DNA of 64,000 nucleotides from a virus. Its lineage: Duplodnaviria; Caudoviricetes. The stretch lies in IMG/VR virus record IMGVR_UViG_3300050034_000334; one strand, given 5' to 3'. Shown here piece after piece: positions 17,630 through 27,558 of this stretch. The translations under genes and the position numbers were made by a program. The notes beneath the pieces are model-generated. The model worked only from the letters and a program-made list of their open reading frames with translations, made no database searches and was not told the DNA's origin. Numbering within the stretch: the stretch's first letter is position 1; every line of letters starts with the position of its first letter.

Positions 17630-18130
17630 ATGAAATTTGCGTCGAAACTTCTTCTTGCTACTTTCCCCACGAGGATTGACATTCCCGAAGAGCAGCGTGT
17701 GGCACTTGTAGCTCTGATGAATGCGACTTTGAAGAGCACCATTTGCGCCTCTTTGGCAGTCAAGTTTGCTCACTGGAATGTGAAGGGAGGAGGTTTTCAT
17801 CCCACCCATAAACTCTTTGACGACATCTATGAGCATTTGCTTGATGCCGGCGACACAATCGCAGAGCGCATCACTGCCTTGGGTGGAGTGGCAGAGGGCC
17901 TTTACCAGATGTTGGGAGAGCAGCCTGTGTATCAGGCCATCCAGCCTGGACAAGACGTGACCTCTCACATCCAAGCCGTGGCTGACACTCTTGGAAATGT
18001 GATCAATCAGTATCGGAAAGCCTCTGAGCTATCCGGAAACATGGATCTGAACACCCAGGATGTGTACATTTCCCTGGGTCGTGACATCGAAAAAGATTTG
18101 TATTTCATCGAAGCGACAGAGAATGGTTAG
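17630..18130 (+). CDS. dps: Dps / ferritin-like DNA-protecting protein
   Basis: KFAHWNVKG..FHPTHKLFDDIYE..DTIAERITALGG ferroxidase motifs. Confidence 0.92.
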   Translation: MKFASKLLLATFPTRIDIPEEQRVALVALMNATLKSTICASLAVKFAHWNVKGGGFHPTHKLFDDIYEHLLDAGDTIAERITALGGVAEGLYQMLGEQPVYQAIQPGQDVTSHIQAVADTLGNVINQYRKASELSGNMDLNTQDVYISLGRDIEKDLYFIEATENG

Positions 18131-18162
18131 CCGATCCTGGCTCTCTGATGGTAGAGAGTATC

Positions 18163-18441
18163 ATGGCTCAGTGCATTATTTGCGGTGCTAAACGGTCAAT
18201 CGGTCGCGGTATCTGTATGAATCAGTGCTTCTGGATCCTCCCCGGATGGGTGGGATTCAATGTCAGCACAAGCGAATACAAGATCGTCGATCACCGGGCC
18301 ACAGGTCTGTCCAGCCTCTACAGCTTCAATCGCAAGACCGGAAAGGTCACTCCTCCCACGTTTCCGAAACTGGTGGAGTGCGCTCAGGCTTTGGGCTGGC
18401 CAGGCAGTACCTCTTCGCCAAGCCAGCCAACTTTCTGCTAG
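18163..18441 (+). CDS. Hypothetical protein
   Basis: MAQCIICG...C...C; GAGAG upstream. Confidence 0.5.
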   Translation: MAQCIICGAKRSIGRGICMNQCFWILPGWVGFNVSTSEYKIVDHRATGLSSLYSFNRKTGKVTPPTFPKLVECAQALGWPGSTSSPSQPTFC

Positions 18442-18557
18442 TAGTCGTTGTCGTCATCCCACCACATCACATCCGACGAATTCTTGCTGGAGTACCTGAC
18501 CAGCCAGATAAATCCAACTAGCAGTGCTCCTGCAACGATCAAGCCTACAACCTTCAT
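18438..18557 (-). CDS. 39-aa single-TM peptide
   Basis: Not in the ORF track. MKVVGLIVAGALLVGFIWLVRYSSKNSSDVMWWDDDNDY; TAATG-coupled to the GIY-YIG gene. Confidence 0.55.
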   Translation of the reverse strand: MKVVGLIVAGALLVGFIWLVRYSSKNSSDVMWWDDDNDY

Positions 18558-19231
18558 TACATTCCCTTCTGTGAATTGTACCGTCTCAAGTTGATCTTAT
18601 TTTGAGTTTTCTTCAGACAACCGCAACTCCGAGTGTGACCACTACGCAGATTGCTCCCATAAGCAGGAAATAATTTTCCACAACGACAGCGACATAGCCA
18701 TCTTGCGTCACCTTCGGAATTATTCTCCAATCGTTCTAGTACATTAATACCACCAAAATCCACTCCTGACAAGTCTTTGAATGGTGCTCCTGGCCAAATT
18801 CCTATATTTTCTTGAGTTTGTTTCCTGACGCGAATACTTTCTAGAGTCGCCTCAGTAGAAGGCTTGTATCCCTTCTCTCGGAAATTTCTACTCATGAACT
18901 GTTTCCACTCAGGAGTATGTGGTCCTGTAAATCCTTCCCCACCTTTGCAGATGTTGTATCCAATCTCATGATCACGAGTTGAGAAGATCTCAATCAGCGT
19001 CTGTTCCCAGACACAAAGAGCCTCGTTGCTAGTGCAATCATTGATAAGCGGAAAGATTTGAAAGTGTTCCTGACCATGCTTGCGAATAGCAGCATACAGG
19101 TGAGAGCGCAGCGAAAGATAGTTCTTTGCGTCGTAGAATTTCTGCTTCAAATATCGAGAAAGACAAGACCCGGTAGTCTTTCCAATATAGCATTTTCCAT
19201 CAACATCATTGACTATCAGGTAAACAAACAT
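18557..19231 (-). CDS. GIY-YIG homing endonuclease with C-terminal CRCG/RSCGC domain
   Basis: MFVYLIVND..KCYIGKT..GYNI..GGEG; start ATG 19231 with AGGAGG RBS. Confidence 0.9.
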   Translation of the reverse strand: MFVYLIVNDVDGKCYIGKTTGSCLSRYLKQKFYDAKNYLSLRSHLYAAIRKHGQEHFQIFPLINDCTSNEALCVWEQTLIEIFSTRDHEIGYNICKGGEGFTGPHTPEWKQFMSRNFREKGYKPSTEATLESIRVRKQTQENIGIWPGAPFKDLSGVDFGGINVLERLENNSEGDARWLCRCRCGKLFPAYGSNLRSGHTRSCGCLKKTQNKINLRRYNSQKGM

Positions 19232-19266
19232 TTCTGACCTCCTAGTCTGATTCAGGAAGTCAGAAA
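19231..19266 (-). promoter_or_regulatory. 13-bp hairpin sequestering the RBS and start of the GIY-YIG gene
   Basis: TTTCTGACTTCCT-gaatcagact-AGGAGGTCAGAAA(TG); 12 Watson-Crick pairs plus one G.U. Confidence 0.7.
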
Positions 19267-19275
19267 CGTAAGTTG

Positions 19276-21843
19276 CTACATTCCCTCTCCGGATCCTTCG
19301 AGGTTGGCATCGTCTTCCTCTTCGACTTCGTCGAGGCCCATACCCTTTGCCAGTCTCTTCCACAGATCGGTCTTCTTGATGATGACGTCTGTGATGCTTC
19401 CGTACAATGAACCGAGTAATTCATTAAACTTGGAATCGTTGACAGTGAAGAGGTCGTCTTCTAGTTGGCGCTTGACTGTCTCGGCATCGATGTTCAGGAA
19501 GTCCAGAATAATCGATACTGGGAGAGAGCCTTTTGAGTAGATATTATACAACATGTCGTAGAGGTCACCACTATCCCTCAAAGCCATACGAGAGAAGGTT
19601 ACGTGCGGATACACCCACCTGGGTCGTCCAAATTTATCAACTTCATAGAATCCCTTCTTCATAGCGATGGGCTTGAAGATCTGATCCTCAATCAGTCCAC
19701 TGATGAGATCACGGAACTGGACATATCTGGTGTTAAGGATTTCGAGCTGGATGCGGTTTCCAGAATACATTCCTTCACCAATGAGGATCTCAGGAGAAAG
19801 TCCAAGTCCGATTGCGAGATCGGAATTGGTGTGAGCCCATTCTCCGTCCAGAGATAGGAGCCGTCCTTCACTTCCAATTTCATTCCACTGACAGTCATAG
19901 TTCACCACAATCGTATAGTCTGGATCGGCAATCGCTTCGTCCACGTGAGCACGAAGGGCTGCCAACTCGGAGGTTGGGCATTCAGGAGCGATGATCAGCC
20001 GCTTTGGCGTCATGTTACGCGAAGCGATCATGGTCTGCGCCTGACGCAGTTTGTCACGATAGAGAATGGTGCGCAGTACCGGCTGCAGGCTTGAACGACC
20101 GTGCAGTTCATACCCGCTCTTCTTGCGAGCGAAGTGAATGACGTACGATCCTTCGAAGGGATCCTGATTCAGGTTGATGGCGCCAGTAGCCTGCAGTCCA
20201 TCCTTCACACTCTGAGGAACATTGATGTCCTCGGTGTACTGCTGCTTCTGCTGCTCTGGTGGCTTGTAGTAGATGGAGGGACCGTCGCCTTCCATCTCAC
20301 CATCGTTTTTGACTTCAATCTGCTCAGGAGGAAGAGTTCGGATGCGATCAATGCCCAAGTAGTCCGGATTGACCACGTGACTGAAGAGCTCAAGTTCTTC
20401 GCCGCGCTGCTTGCTGACTTCCTTGAGTTCCTCGAGCAGTTCCTTCTTTTTCTTGAGGAGCTTCAGGTAATGCTTGAGTTCCATCAACTCTCGCTGGCGA
20501 GCCACCGACTGACCGATAGCCATGGCAGGAGACCCACCAACTTCATCGGCTGAAACTCCACCGCCGCCTCCACCACCGCCGGAAGGAATGGGGCCACCGT
20601 CATCGCCCATGACTCCTGCGCCACCGCCGCCACCCATGGGAGCACCTTCACCACCGGCTTCGGGGTTGCCATCCTCATCCTGACCACTGGCGCCAGGAGC
20701 ATCATCGGACATCTCTTCGTTGGCTTCACCGGACTGAGCACCAGCCGCCTCAGCATCAACAGGAGGTTCAGCAGGCGGAGCAGCCATCTTGTGGATGAGC
20801 TCAAGTGTATCCGAAGATCCGTTCGCGATGATCTTTCCCTGCTTGTCGAACTTCAGGTGATGCTTGGCCATGAAATCAGCCAGAGACTGGGCACTTGCGA
20901 GCAGTCTCTTTTGAAACTTGTAAATCTGTGCATCTACCAGCGTCAGGTTCTCTTTGGGATTGAAAGAGATGCCGGCTTTCTTGATCTTGAGGATGTCCTT
21001 CTTCATGCTTTCAGAGGACTGATGGAGGGCCGGAGTCAGCCAATCCATGCCATGGCTTTCACCGCCAAGTTCGGCATTCTGAGATTCCTTCATGGGATCG
21101 TTGCTGGGACCGCCGCGTTTGTTCTTACTGAGAGCCTTCTGGGCTTCCTCGCAAACTTCAACTTTCTCTTCTGGTTCCTCAACAAAGAGGAATGCCTCGC
21201 CGATGGTCCAGTATTCACGGACTGCATCGATCAGGGTTTGGAACATCTTGGTATCGTTCACCATGCCCTGGTAGAAGTCGAAGACGAAATCAGCAAATTC
21301 TTCCGATGTGCACTTGGGCTTCTCCAAGGTCATCTTGGACATCGGGAGTTCTGTGTGCAGGTTGATGGCGGAGTTGACCACAGGGTCGCGGTCATAGGCG
21401 ATGCGATAGTAGCGAAGCTCTTCAGGTCGGGAAGCAGGAAGCTCGAGGGCGTCTACCGGGAACTCGAAACCCATGTACCCGATGTTGCCTGAGTCTCCAA
21501 TGTTCGCATATCCCAGATTGCCATCACTGAACAGGCCTGCTACTTTGCTGGCAGCACCGCCGCCTCGAGCAGCTTCACGGATATTTCGAATCCGATCCCG
21601 ATAAGCAATGTCTTCTCCCAGTCGTCCTTGACCATCGACCGCACTGTAACGTCCAGCACTGCCATACTCGCGAGTGCGGGTGGTCGTGGTTCCATTTGCA
21701 TCAACAGTTGTAACGACCTGCGATGCTATCTTCCGAGGAGTCACCACCTGAGAAGGATTGACTTCCACGTTGGATCTGTTCCTAGCTTTGTCCTGTGGAA
21801 GCGGAACCTTTGCCACTTTCGTGACTTTTTCATCATTGGGCAT
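19276..21843 (-). CDS. Portal protein with a large acidic/Gly-rich insertion
   Basis: YYRIAYDRDPVVNSAINLH.E.P, VREYWTIGEAF, HFARK..YE.HG.S.L, LAIGLG.S.EIL.GEG are large-phage portal motifs. Confidence 0.85.
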   Translation of the reverse strand: MPNDEKVTKVAKVPLPQDKARNRSNVEVNPSQVVTPRKIASQVVTTVDANGTTTTRTREYGSAGRYSAVDGQGRLGEDIAYRDRIRNIREAARGGGAASKVAGLFSDGNLGYANIGDSGNIGYMGFEFPVDALELPASRPEELRYYRIAYDRDPVVNSAINLHTELPMSKMTLEKPKCTSEEFADFVFDFYQGMVNDTKMFQTLIDAVREYWTIGEAFLFVEEPEEKVEVCEEAQKALSKNKRGGPSNDPMKESQNAELGGESHGMDWLTPALHQSSESMKKDILKIKKAGISFNPKENLTLVDAQIYKFQKRLLASAQSLADFMAKHHLKFDKQGKIIANGSSDTLELIHKMAAPPAEPPVDAEAAGAQSGEANEEMSDDAPGASGQDEDGNPEAGGEGAPMGGGGGAGVMGDDGGPIPSGGGGGGGGVSADEVGGSPAMAIGQSVARQRELMELKHYLKLLKKKKELLEELKEVSKQRGEELELFSHVVNPDYLGIDRIRTLPPEQIEVKNDGEMEGDGPSIYYKPPEQQKQQYTEDINVPQSVKDGLQATGAINLNQDPFEGSYVIHFARKKSGYELHGRSSLQPVLRTILYRDKLRQAQTMIASRNMTPKRLIIAPECPTSELAALRAHVDEAIADPDYTIVVNYDCQWNEIGSEGRLLSLDGEWAHTNSDLAIGLGLSPEILIGEGMYSGNRIQLEILNTRYVQFRDLISGLIEDQIFKPIAMKKGFYEVDKFGRPRWVYPHVTFSRMALRDSGDLYDMLYNIYSKGSLPVSIILDFLNIDAETVKRQLEDDLFTVNDSKFNELLGSLYGSITDVIIKKTDLWKRLAKGMGLDEVEEEDDANLEGSGEGM

Positions 21844-21884
21844 AACAGAACCTCATATATTGCACCGAATAGCCAGAATTTGAG

Positions 21885-22526
21885 CTATTTGGAGTCAATC
21901 TCTGCTTTAGCTGCCTGGAACAGAGATTTGATATCGACCGCATCCTCTGGTGGAGTGTTGGGTAGATCTGCAAGAGGTTCGTTTGTGATTTGATGTTTGA
22001 TGGTGGTCGCCTTCTTGCGACGCTGGACTCTCTTATGTTTCTCGTGAGCCTCTTCCATGTGTCGGGCTTCTTCGATCTTCATCTTCCTGAGTCCGTCCAA
22101 CTCGTCAAAGACAACTCTCATCTCTTCGGCGATTGGCTTCAACTCATCCATCTGAACTTGAGAGTGTTCCTCAAGGAATCGTTTGAACCAGGACATGGTG
22201 ATGCGAGAGGCTTCGCATGCGTTGGTCAGGATTTGTTTCTGGAGATCAGAGCGAGAAGATTTCAGATGGAGGGCGAGTCGGAGGATTTCCTGTGACTCAT
22301 TGGCAACTGCATCGGCCCTGGCTGCTAGAGCCTTGCCCAGACTGTTTTCTTCTCGAGTCAGGATGATGTGATCCATCAGGCTGACCATCGCGACATGACA
22401 GGTTTGAACAGCCTGCACTGCATAGGCCATCTGCTTGTAGAGAGTGGAAGCATCGTACTCGAGAAGAGGACTGTTGCGGATCATCTTCACGTTGTTAGTT
22501 GGTGCCTTGGATTTCTTAGCCATCAC
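21885..22526 (-). CDS. Hypothetical helical protein
   Basis: GGAG RBS, long ORF. Confidence 0.65.
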   Translation of the reverse strand: MMAKKSKAPTNNVKMIRNSPLLEYDASTLYKQMAYAVQAVQTCHVAMVSLMDHIILTREENSLGKALAARADAVANESQEILRLALHLKSSRSDLQKQILTNACEASRITMSWFKRFLEEHSQVQMDELKPIAEEMRVVFDELDGLRKMKIEEARHMEEAHEKHKRVQRRKKATTIKHQITNEPLADLPNTPPEDAVDIKSLFQAAKAEIDSK

Positions 22527-22747
22527 TTCTCCAGAATGTTCTCAACTGGACATCCCATCCAGTAGTGACACCGGCCACAGTAGGGGACTCCATCAACATC
22601 ATAGATGCCGTTGTCCTTCTCATCATGCAAGTAACCATTCTTGCCAGAGACATGAGGAGCTTTGGGACAATCTCTACCATGCACAAGCAGACCTGGATCG
22701 TGAAGAACTTTTGTCTCTTGAGCAATTCCAAATTTCAGAAAACTCAT
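22523..22747 (-). CDS. Small Cys/His protein
   Basis: CPKAPH..H..YCGRCH. Confidence 0.6.
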   Translation of the reverse strand: MSFLKFGIAQETKVLHDPGLLVHGRDCPKAPHVSGKNGYLHDEKDNGIYDVDGVPYCGRCHYWMGCPVENILEK

Positions 22748-22754
22748 GTCGTCC

Positions 22755-25700
22755 TCACTCCCTTATGAATGAGTCCGGAACCCGAATCGCATTGACGTCT
22801 GTGAAGGTGACGACCTGTCCTTGGTACATCGCCTTGACCTTGTTGGTTCCGATTCCCAGAGACTCGCGCAAAGCCTTGGCGTCAGCCGCCGTCAGGTTCC
22901 GAAGTTCGGGAATATCAGCCTTCGCCGGCAACTTGAGGTTTGGTTTGGGTTCAGGCTTCGCCTCAGGAGGCTTTACAACAACCTTCCGTACAGGGATATC
23001 CAGTAGAAGCTCGTTCTCGTCGATCTGAGTGCCTTCTGCCTCAGCGATTTGTTTGTGTAGTTTACCGATCTCGCTGCGGAGATTGTCCTCGTCATCGAGT
23101 TTGGTGTCGAGTTTCTTGTTCAATTCCTCAACGATGCTGACAACTTGCTTGCGTTCCACGATTTCCCTGGCCTGTTCTGCGATCTGCTCTCTATCTTCAA
23201 GAGTAATCGGCTTGGGAATGTCCGTGGTGAACTGAATCTCCAACTGCTCATCCTCTCCTAGAATCGGAAGCTCGGGACGCTTGACATTGATGTCAAGAGG
23301 AATTGCACCGATATATCCGAACACCGGCATCAGGCCGCGATCAGCAGGAGTGAGACCACACCGGGCTTCGAACTGCTCGAGGGTCTCCAACTTGTCATCC
23401 TGATCCTCAGGGATTTCATCAGTCTTCCAGAATTCATGAAGCTGGAGTCCGATGATGAGATACTTGCGCATCTCCTTGCCATCCTTGGCCGCGAAGATGT
23501 GCTTGGAGGCTTCCTCGAAAGCACGAGTGTGCAAGTTCTCCTTGAGCCAACCCTTGACCTTCTCGCGACGTTTCTCATCACCAGACTTGAGAGCAGTGAG
23601 CAGTGCCCTGACCGTGTCAATGTCGAACTCTTCCGGAACATAGTTCTCCATGCCAGGGATCTCCGACCAGCCGGCAGGCTTGTGGCCGTCATCGCCGGTC
23701 AAGTGGTGTTCAACATCCCAGCTGCGACCGTACTCAGTGTCACACTCCAAAGGGACGCGCCAGTTCATCGAGGCATGATACTTCCTCAACTTCATGAGGC
23801 GAGTCAGCCTCGGCAGAATGAATGGAGCGTACTCGTTCTTGAATGAGAAGTCGATCTCATCGTGGACCGAACCATGCATCAACAACACTGCTTGTACCAT
23901 AGGATCCTTTTCTGCTGCCCACTTGCGGATTCGATTGAGCGTGATGCGCATGAAGTCGCCAGCGAGACCCTGCATCGGGACATTGACAGCAACTCTCTGA
24001 ATCTTCCCCATGAATTGGTTGTAGTCACCAACATTTCGAACGCCAGTTTCTGGCGTCTTCCACATTATGTCGGCGCGGTCGCGAAGTTCCCGGAAAGTCT
24101 CCTTGTCCTTGGACTTCTCAGCCAGGGTGGCCGCCTTATCCAACCGACGATATTCCCAATAATTGTCCATCTCGTGCTTGGTCGGATTGTGAATGCCCAG
24201 GGCTGACATCGCTGAATCAAACTTGATGATTCGTCCAGTCGCTGTCTGACACGTCATCTTCTCCTTGGCAATGGCTTGCTTGCGGTCGCAGTACTCGCGG
24301 AAGACCGGCACTCCAGCCCAGTAGGCATCCACCATCTCCTGTGCATGCTCAAAGGTGATGTTGGGATCCTTCTTCTTCATGTTCTCGAAGATCGTGTAAG
24401 CCGTTCCGCCGTACAGCAGGGCGAAGTTGAGGATCTTGGCGAGAGCACGATAGCTCTTCTTGGTCGCCTTGTCGATGTTCGGGTCGTTGAACTCAGGGAA
24501 GACCTTGCTGGCGGTCAGACTATGGAAGTCTCCTGATCCCTCCAAGAATTCCTTGATGAATTCCGGCTCGCCTGAGATGTTCGCTGCCACACGCATTTCG
24601 ACGTTGCTGTAATCGATAGTGGCGAACGTCCAACCCGTAGGAGCCTTGAACATGGCGCGGAGGTTGATGACCTCATTGGCATCCATGCGCCCATTCTCGA
24701 TGAGAATGCCATAGTTCTTTGCGCAGGTCTTACAACCGGGCACCAGGCAGATCGCATATCCCAGGTACTGCCCGATGTGATTCTTGATGATGTTCGGAGC
24801 CTTGACCTTGTACTCTTCCTTCTTACTGTCAAAGATCTCCTTGACAATAGCTCGCCCATCCTTGTCGACCATGGGCTTGGTATCCCAATCGAGGACCGGC
24901 TCCTCCCCAATCTTGGTCTTGATTGTCCTCTCTTCCGTCTTCCAGCACGACGGGTGAAGGTCTTCCGGAGCGTGCTCCTCGACGCTCTCGGGGTCTACGT
25001 TGTCTGGCTCGAGGACATTACCCTTGACCCACCAGTTGCCTTCCACGCGCTTGATACCCTGAATGTTGAGACCGAAGCCGCCGTCGACTTCGTACTTGCC
25101 ACCTGTCGCTGACAGACGGCCACCGGCCACGACGCAGGATCTCAGATAGATTCGAGCGGTGTGATCCTTGGGGTCGAAGTGAAGGTTCTCAGGGTGGAGG
25201 GCGACATATGCCTTGTACTTGCCATAGGTCTTGAGGAAGATGTTATCAGGGTAGATCTTCGCTAGATCCGAGATGGTCTCAGCATCACACGAAGGATCCT
25301 GGGTCTTCTTGGAGCGCCGCAACACACGGAGCTTCATGGTCTGGAACAACAGCTTGGCCATCTGTTTGTTGCTGTCCGGGTTGAACTGCTCTCCATCCTC
25401 TTCCTTGTACCCGGCTTCGATAGCAATTCCACGCAGCCGTGCCCGGTCAACTTCCAGCTTGGCTTGGTGCCACTTCACTGTACGCTTATGGCGGTCCGTG
25501 TCCACGATGTACCGCTGCCGCTCAATCCACGTGAGCGAGTCTACCAGTTCGTGGTCAATGCGATGTACCAGCTTCAGCTTCCGGGCCTCATCCTTCAGCT
25601 GCCACCAAAGTAGCCAGGTGCAGATTGCGTCACTGGCAGCGTACCAGTATGCGATGTCAGTCGGAATCCAAGTGAACGGGACATACTGAATGCGAGTCGT

Positions 25701-26663
25701 GGTCTTTCCGGTCTCTGGATTGAAGAAATCTGCACTGACCTTGCCGATCTGGTCCAGTTCAATCTGGTCGATGCCCAGCTTGATGAGCGAGAGATTCTTC
25801 AAGCCGCCTGTGTCGCCGGTGTACTGTCCCTTCTTCTGGTCACCAAGGTCTGCTTTGGGGTCGTTCAGATAGTTGAAGACCTGAACGTCCTCGAAGAATG
25901 GATAGGGGCGCATGTCTATGCCCAGGGTCTGACGGATGACCTCACGATCGAATTTCGCGTGGTAGAACACCAGGTGACAGTTATTGAACAGATGCTGGAG
26001 GATCCTGTGGCAATCTTCACGGGAGACGTTGTGGCCATCTGCGTGATTGATGGGAACGTAGATTCCCTCAATGCCATCGGCTGAAAGGCAGATGCCGGCG
26101 ATCTCCATCTTCACTTCATAGATGGGAACCCAAACCTCGTTGCCACTGGTGTCTCTGGCCTGCACCAGATCGATCATGACACGAGTGTCCAGCGTGATGG
26201 TCTCAGTGTCGCAGGCGACTACCGGGAGAACCTGACCAGAGGGCGTGGGATGATGGAGAGAAGTGTCATGCAGAATCTTCTCCACCCATCCCTCAAGTTC
26301 CTGGGCTGAGTCGACCCGGCGAAGCACCTTGGAGGCCATCCACGGTCTCTTCAACTTCTCAATGTCGAGGGTCTTCAGCAGAGCGCGGAACACAGTCCGT
26401 AGATCCTTGGGCTTCTTCTTGGCCGCTGGCTTCTTGGATGCTGCCGGAACAGTTACCTTGACATCGTCGTCACTGATATTCTCTTTCTTGACCCGCGTCT
26501 TGCGTGGCTTCTTGAGCTCAGTTACAGCACTGACCAGCTTGTCCACAGCTTCGACGATCTCTTCTTTGAGAGCAACCTTCTGCTCCCGTTCTTCCCAGTC
26601 TTCTTCCTCTTCGTCATCCGTCCATTCAGGATGAGCTACCTCATCAATGTCATCTTCACTCAT
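22755..26663 (-). CDS. polA: Family A DNA polymerase with 3'-5' exonuclease
   Basis: Exo motifs CDTET, YHAKFD and YAASDA; polymerase motifs A (IDYSNVEMR), B (RALAKILNFALLYG) and C (VHDEI). Confidence 0.95.
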   Translation of the reverse strand: MSEDDIDEVAHPEWTDDEEEEDWEEREQKVALKEEIVEAVDKLVSAVTELKKPRKTRVKKENISDDDVKVTVPAASKKPAAKKKPKDLRTVFRALLKTLDIEKLKRPWMASKVLRRVDSAQELEGWVEKILHDTSLHHPTPSGQVLPVVACDTETITLDTRVMIDLVQARDTSGNEVWVPIYEVKMEIAGICLSADGIEGIYVPINHADGHNVSREDCHRILQHLFNNCHLVFYHAKFDREVIRQTLGIDMRPYPFFEDVQVFNYLNDPKADLGDQKKGQYTGDTGGLKNLSLIKLGIDQIELDQIGKVSADFFNPETGKTTTRIQYVPFTWIPTDIAYWYAASDAICTWLLWWQLKDEARKLKLVHRIDHELVDSLTWIERQRYIVDTDRHKRTVKWHQAKLEVDRARLRGIAIEAGYKEEDGEQFNPDSNKQMAKLLFQTMKLRVLRRSKKTQDPSCDAETISDLAKIYPDNIFLKTYGKYKAYVALHPENLHFDPKDHTARIYLRSCVVAGGRLSATGGKYEVDGGFGLNIQGIKRVEGNWWVKGNVLEPDNVDPESVEEHAPEDLHPSCWKTEERTIKTKIGEEPVLDWDTKPMVDKDGRAIVKEIFDSKKEEYKVKAPNIIKNHIGQYLGYAICLVPGCKTCAKNYGILIENGRMDANEVINLRAMFKAPTGWTFATIDYSNVEMRVAANISGEPEFIKEFLEGSGDFHSLTASKVFPEFNDPNIDKATKKSYRALAKILNFALLYGGTAYTIFENMKKKDPNITFEHAQEMVDAYWAGVPVFREYCDRKQAIAKEKMTCQTATGRIIKFDSAMSALGIHNPTKHEMDNYWEYRRLDKAATLAEKSKDKETFRELRDRADIMWKTPETGVRNVGDYNQFMGKIQRVAVNVPMQGLAGDFMRITLNRIRKWAAEKDPMVQAVLLMHGSVHDEIDFSFKNEYAPFILPRLTRLMKLRKYHASMNWRVPLECDTEYGRSWDVEHHLTGDDGHKPAGWSEIPGMENYVPEEFDIDTVRALLTALKSGDEKRREKVKGWLKENLHTRAFEEASKHIFAAKDGKEMRKYLIIGLQLHEFWKTDEIPEDQDDKLETLEQFEARCGLTPADRGLMPVFGYIGAIPLDINVKRPELPILGEDEQLEIQFTTDIPKPITLEDREQIAEQAREIVERKQVVSIVEELNKKLDTKLDDEDNLRSEIGKLHKQIAEAEGTQIDENELLLDIPVRKVVVKPPEAKPEPKPNLKLPAKADIPELRNLTAADAKALRESLGIGTNKVKAMYQGQVVTFTDVNAIRVPDSFIRE

Positions 26664-27315
26664 AGACGAACTCCTTGGCCTTATGCCGTCTTACTCGAGC
26701 AACGATATCTGAGCCTAACACTTCCGCCAAGGCTTTCACTCGTTTTGTCTCGTCATGCTCTTGCTGGGCTTCGAAGTAAATACGCAGGTACTCTTCAGCT
26801 AACTCGTAACTCTTGTTCGCCATAACATCCTTGCGTGCGAAGACTATGTACAAGCTCGATAAATCCTCGAACTTGAGAGGTACGATGATGTCCTCGTCTT
26901 CAGGAGGTAAGTTAGACTGTAGAGGAGGCAGGTTATAGGATCTCTCCAGCCATTCCATCGCTTTGGGCCGGGAGATGCCACGTATCTTTGCCACAAAAGT
27001 GACAAGGGTGTAGGCAGCTGAACAGCCAAAGCAGTAACCCATGTTGCCGCGTGCTGGAGGATAGATGTAGAACGATGGTGTAGAGTCCGTTCCGTGGAAG
27101 GGGCAACTAATGGCATGCCCATGCTTTCCAGTTAGGTCTTCTACAACATCCGAGAATAGAATCTCTGTCTGTACCCGCTCGTTTCGACGTTCCCACAGTT
27201 CGGGGTCACTTACACGAACCGACCTGTCGTACAATTTCTTCAGGTTTTCTTTGCTGAATTCGAACTCTTCGAAAACTTCGGAATCAGACAGGTTGGGAGT
27301 GCTGTCTTCTGGCAT
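26656..27315 (-). CDS. Stand-alone CHC2 zinc-finger (primase ZBD-like) protein
   Basis: ISCPFHGTDSTPSFYIY..GYCFGC; no Toprim domain follows. Confidence 0.8.
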   Translation of the reverse strand: MPEDSTPNLSDSEVFEEFEFSKENLKKLYDRSVRVSDPELWERRNERVQTEILFSDVVEDLTGKHGHAISCPFHGTDSTPSFYIYPPARGNMGYCFGCSAAYTLVTFVAKIRGISRPKAMEWLERSYNLPPLQSNLPPEDEDIIVPLKFEDLSSLYIVFARKDVMANKSYELAEEYLRIYFEAQQEHDETKRVKALAEVLGSDIVARVRRHKAKEFVYE

Positions 27316-27375
27316 CTCAATCCTCTAGTTGACTAATACTTACCCGATTCTCAGATAAGATTGGTAGAGAAGTGT

Positions 27376-27558
27376 ATGGAATACTTCGTCTACAAGACTG
27401 GCGTGCAGGTATCGAAGGTCTACTACGCTCTTCGTTCCAATGGAGATCAGTACTGGACTCCTTCATTCAAGAAGAAGGCCACCTTCTGCCTGACTGCGGC
27501 ACGCAAGTTAGCTCGTGCTGAGAAGGCTGAATTCAGCATCGTTCCAATTCTGGGCTAG
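27376..27558 (+). CDS. Small hypothetical protein
   Basis: MEYFVYKTG...; AGAGAAG upstream. Confidence 0.5.
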   Translation: MEYFVYKTGVQVSKVYYALRSNGDQYWTPSFKKKATFCLTAARKLARAEKAEFSIVPILG

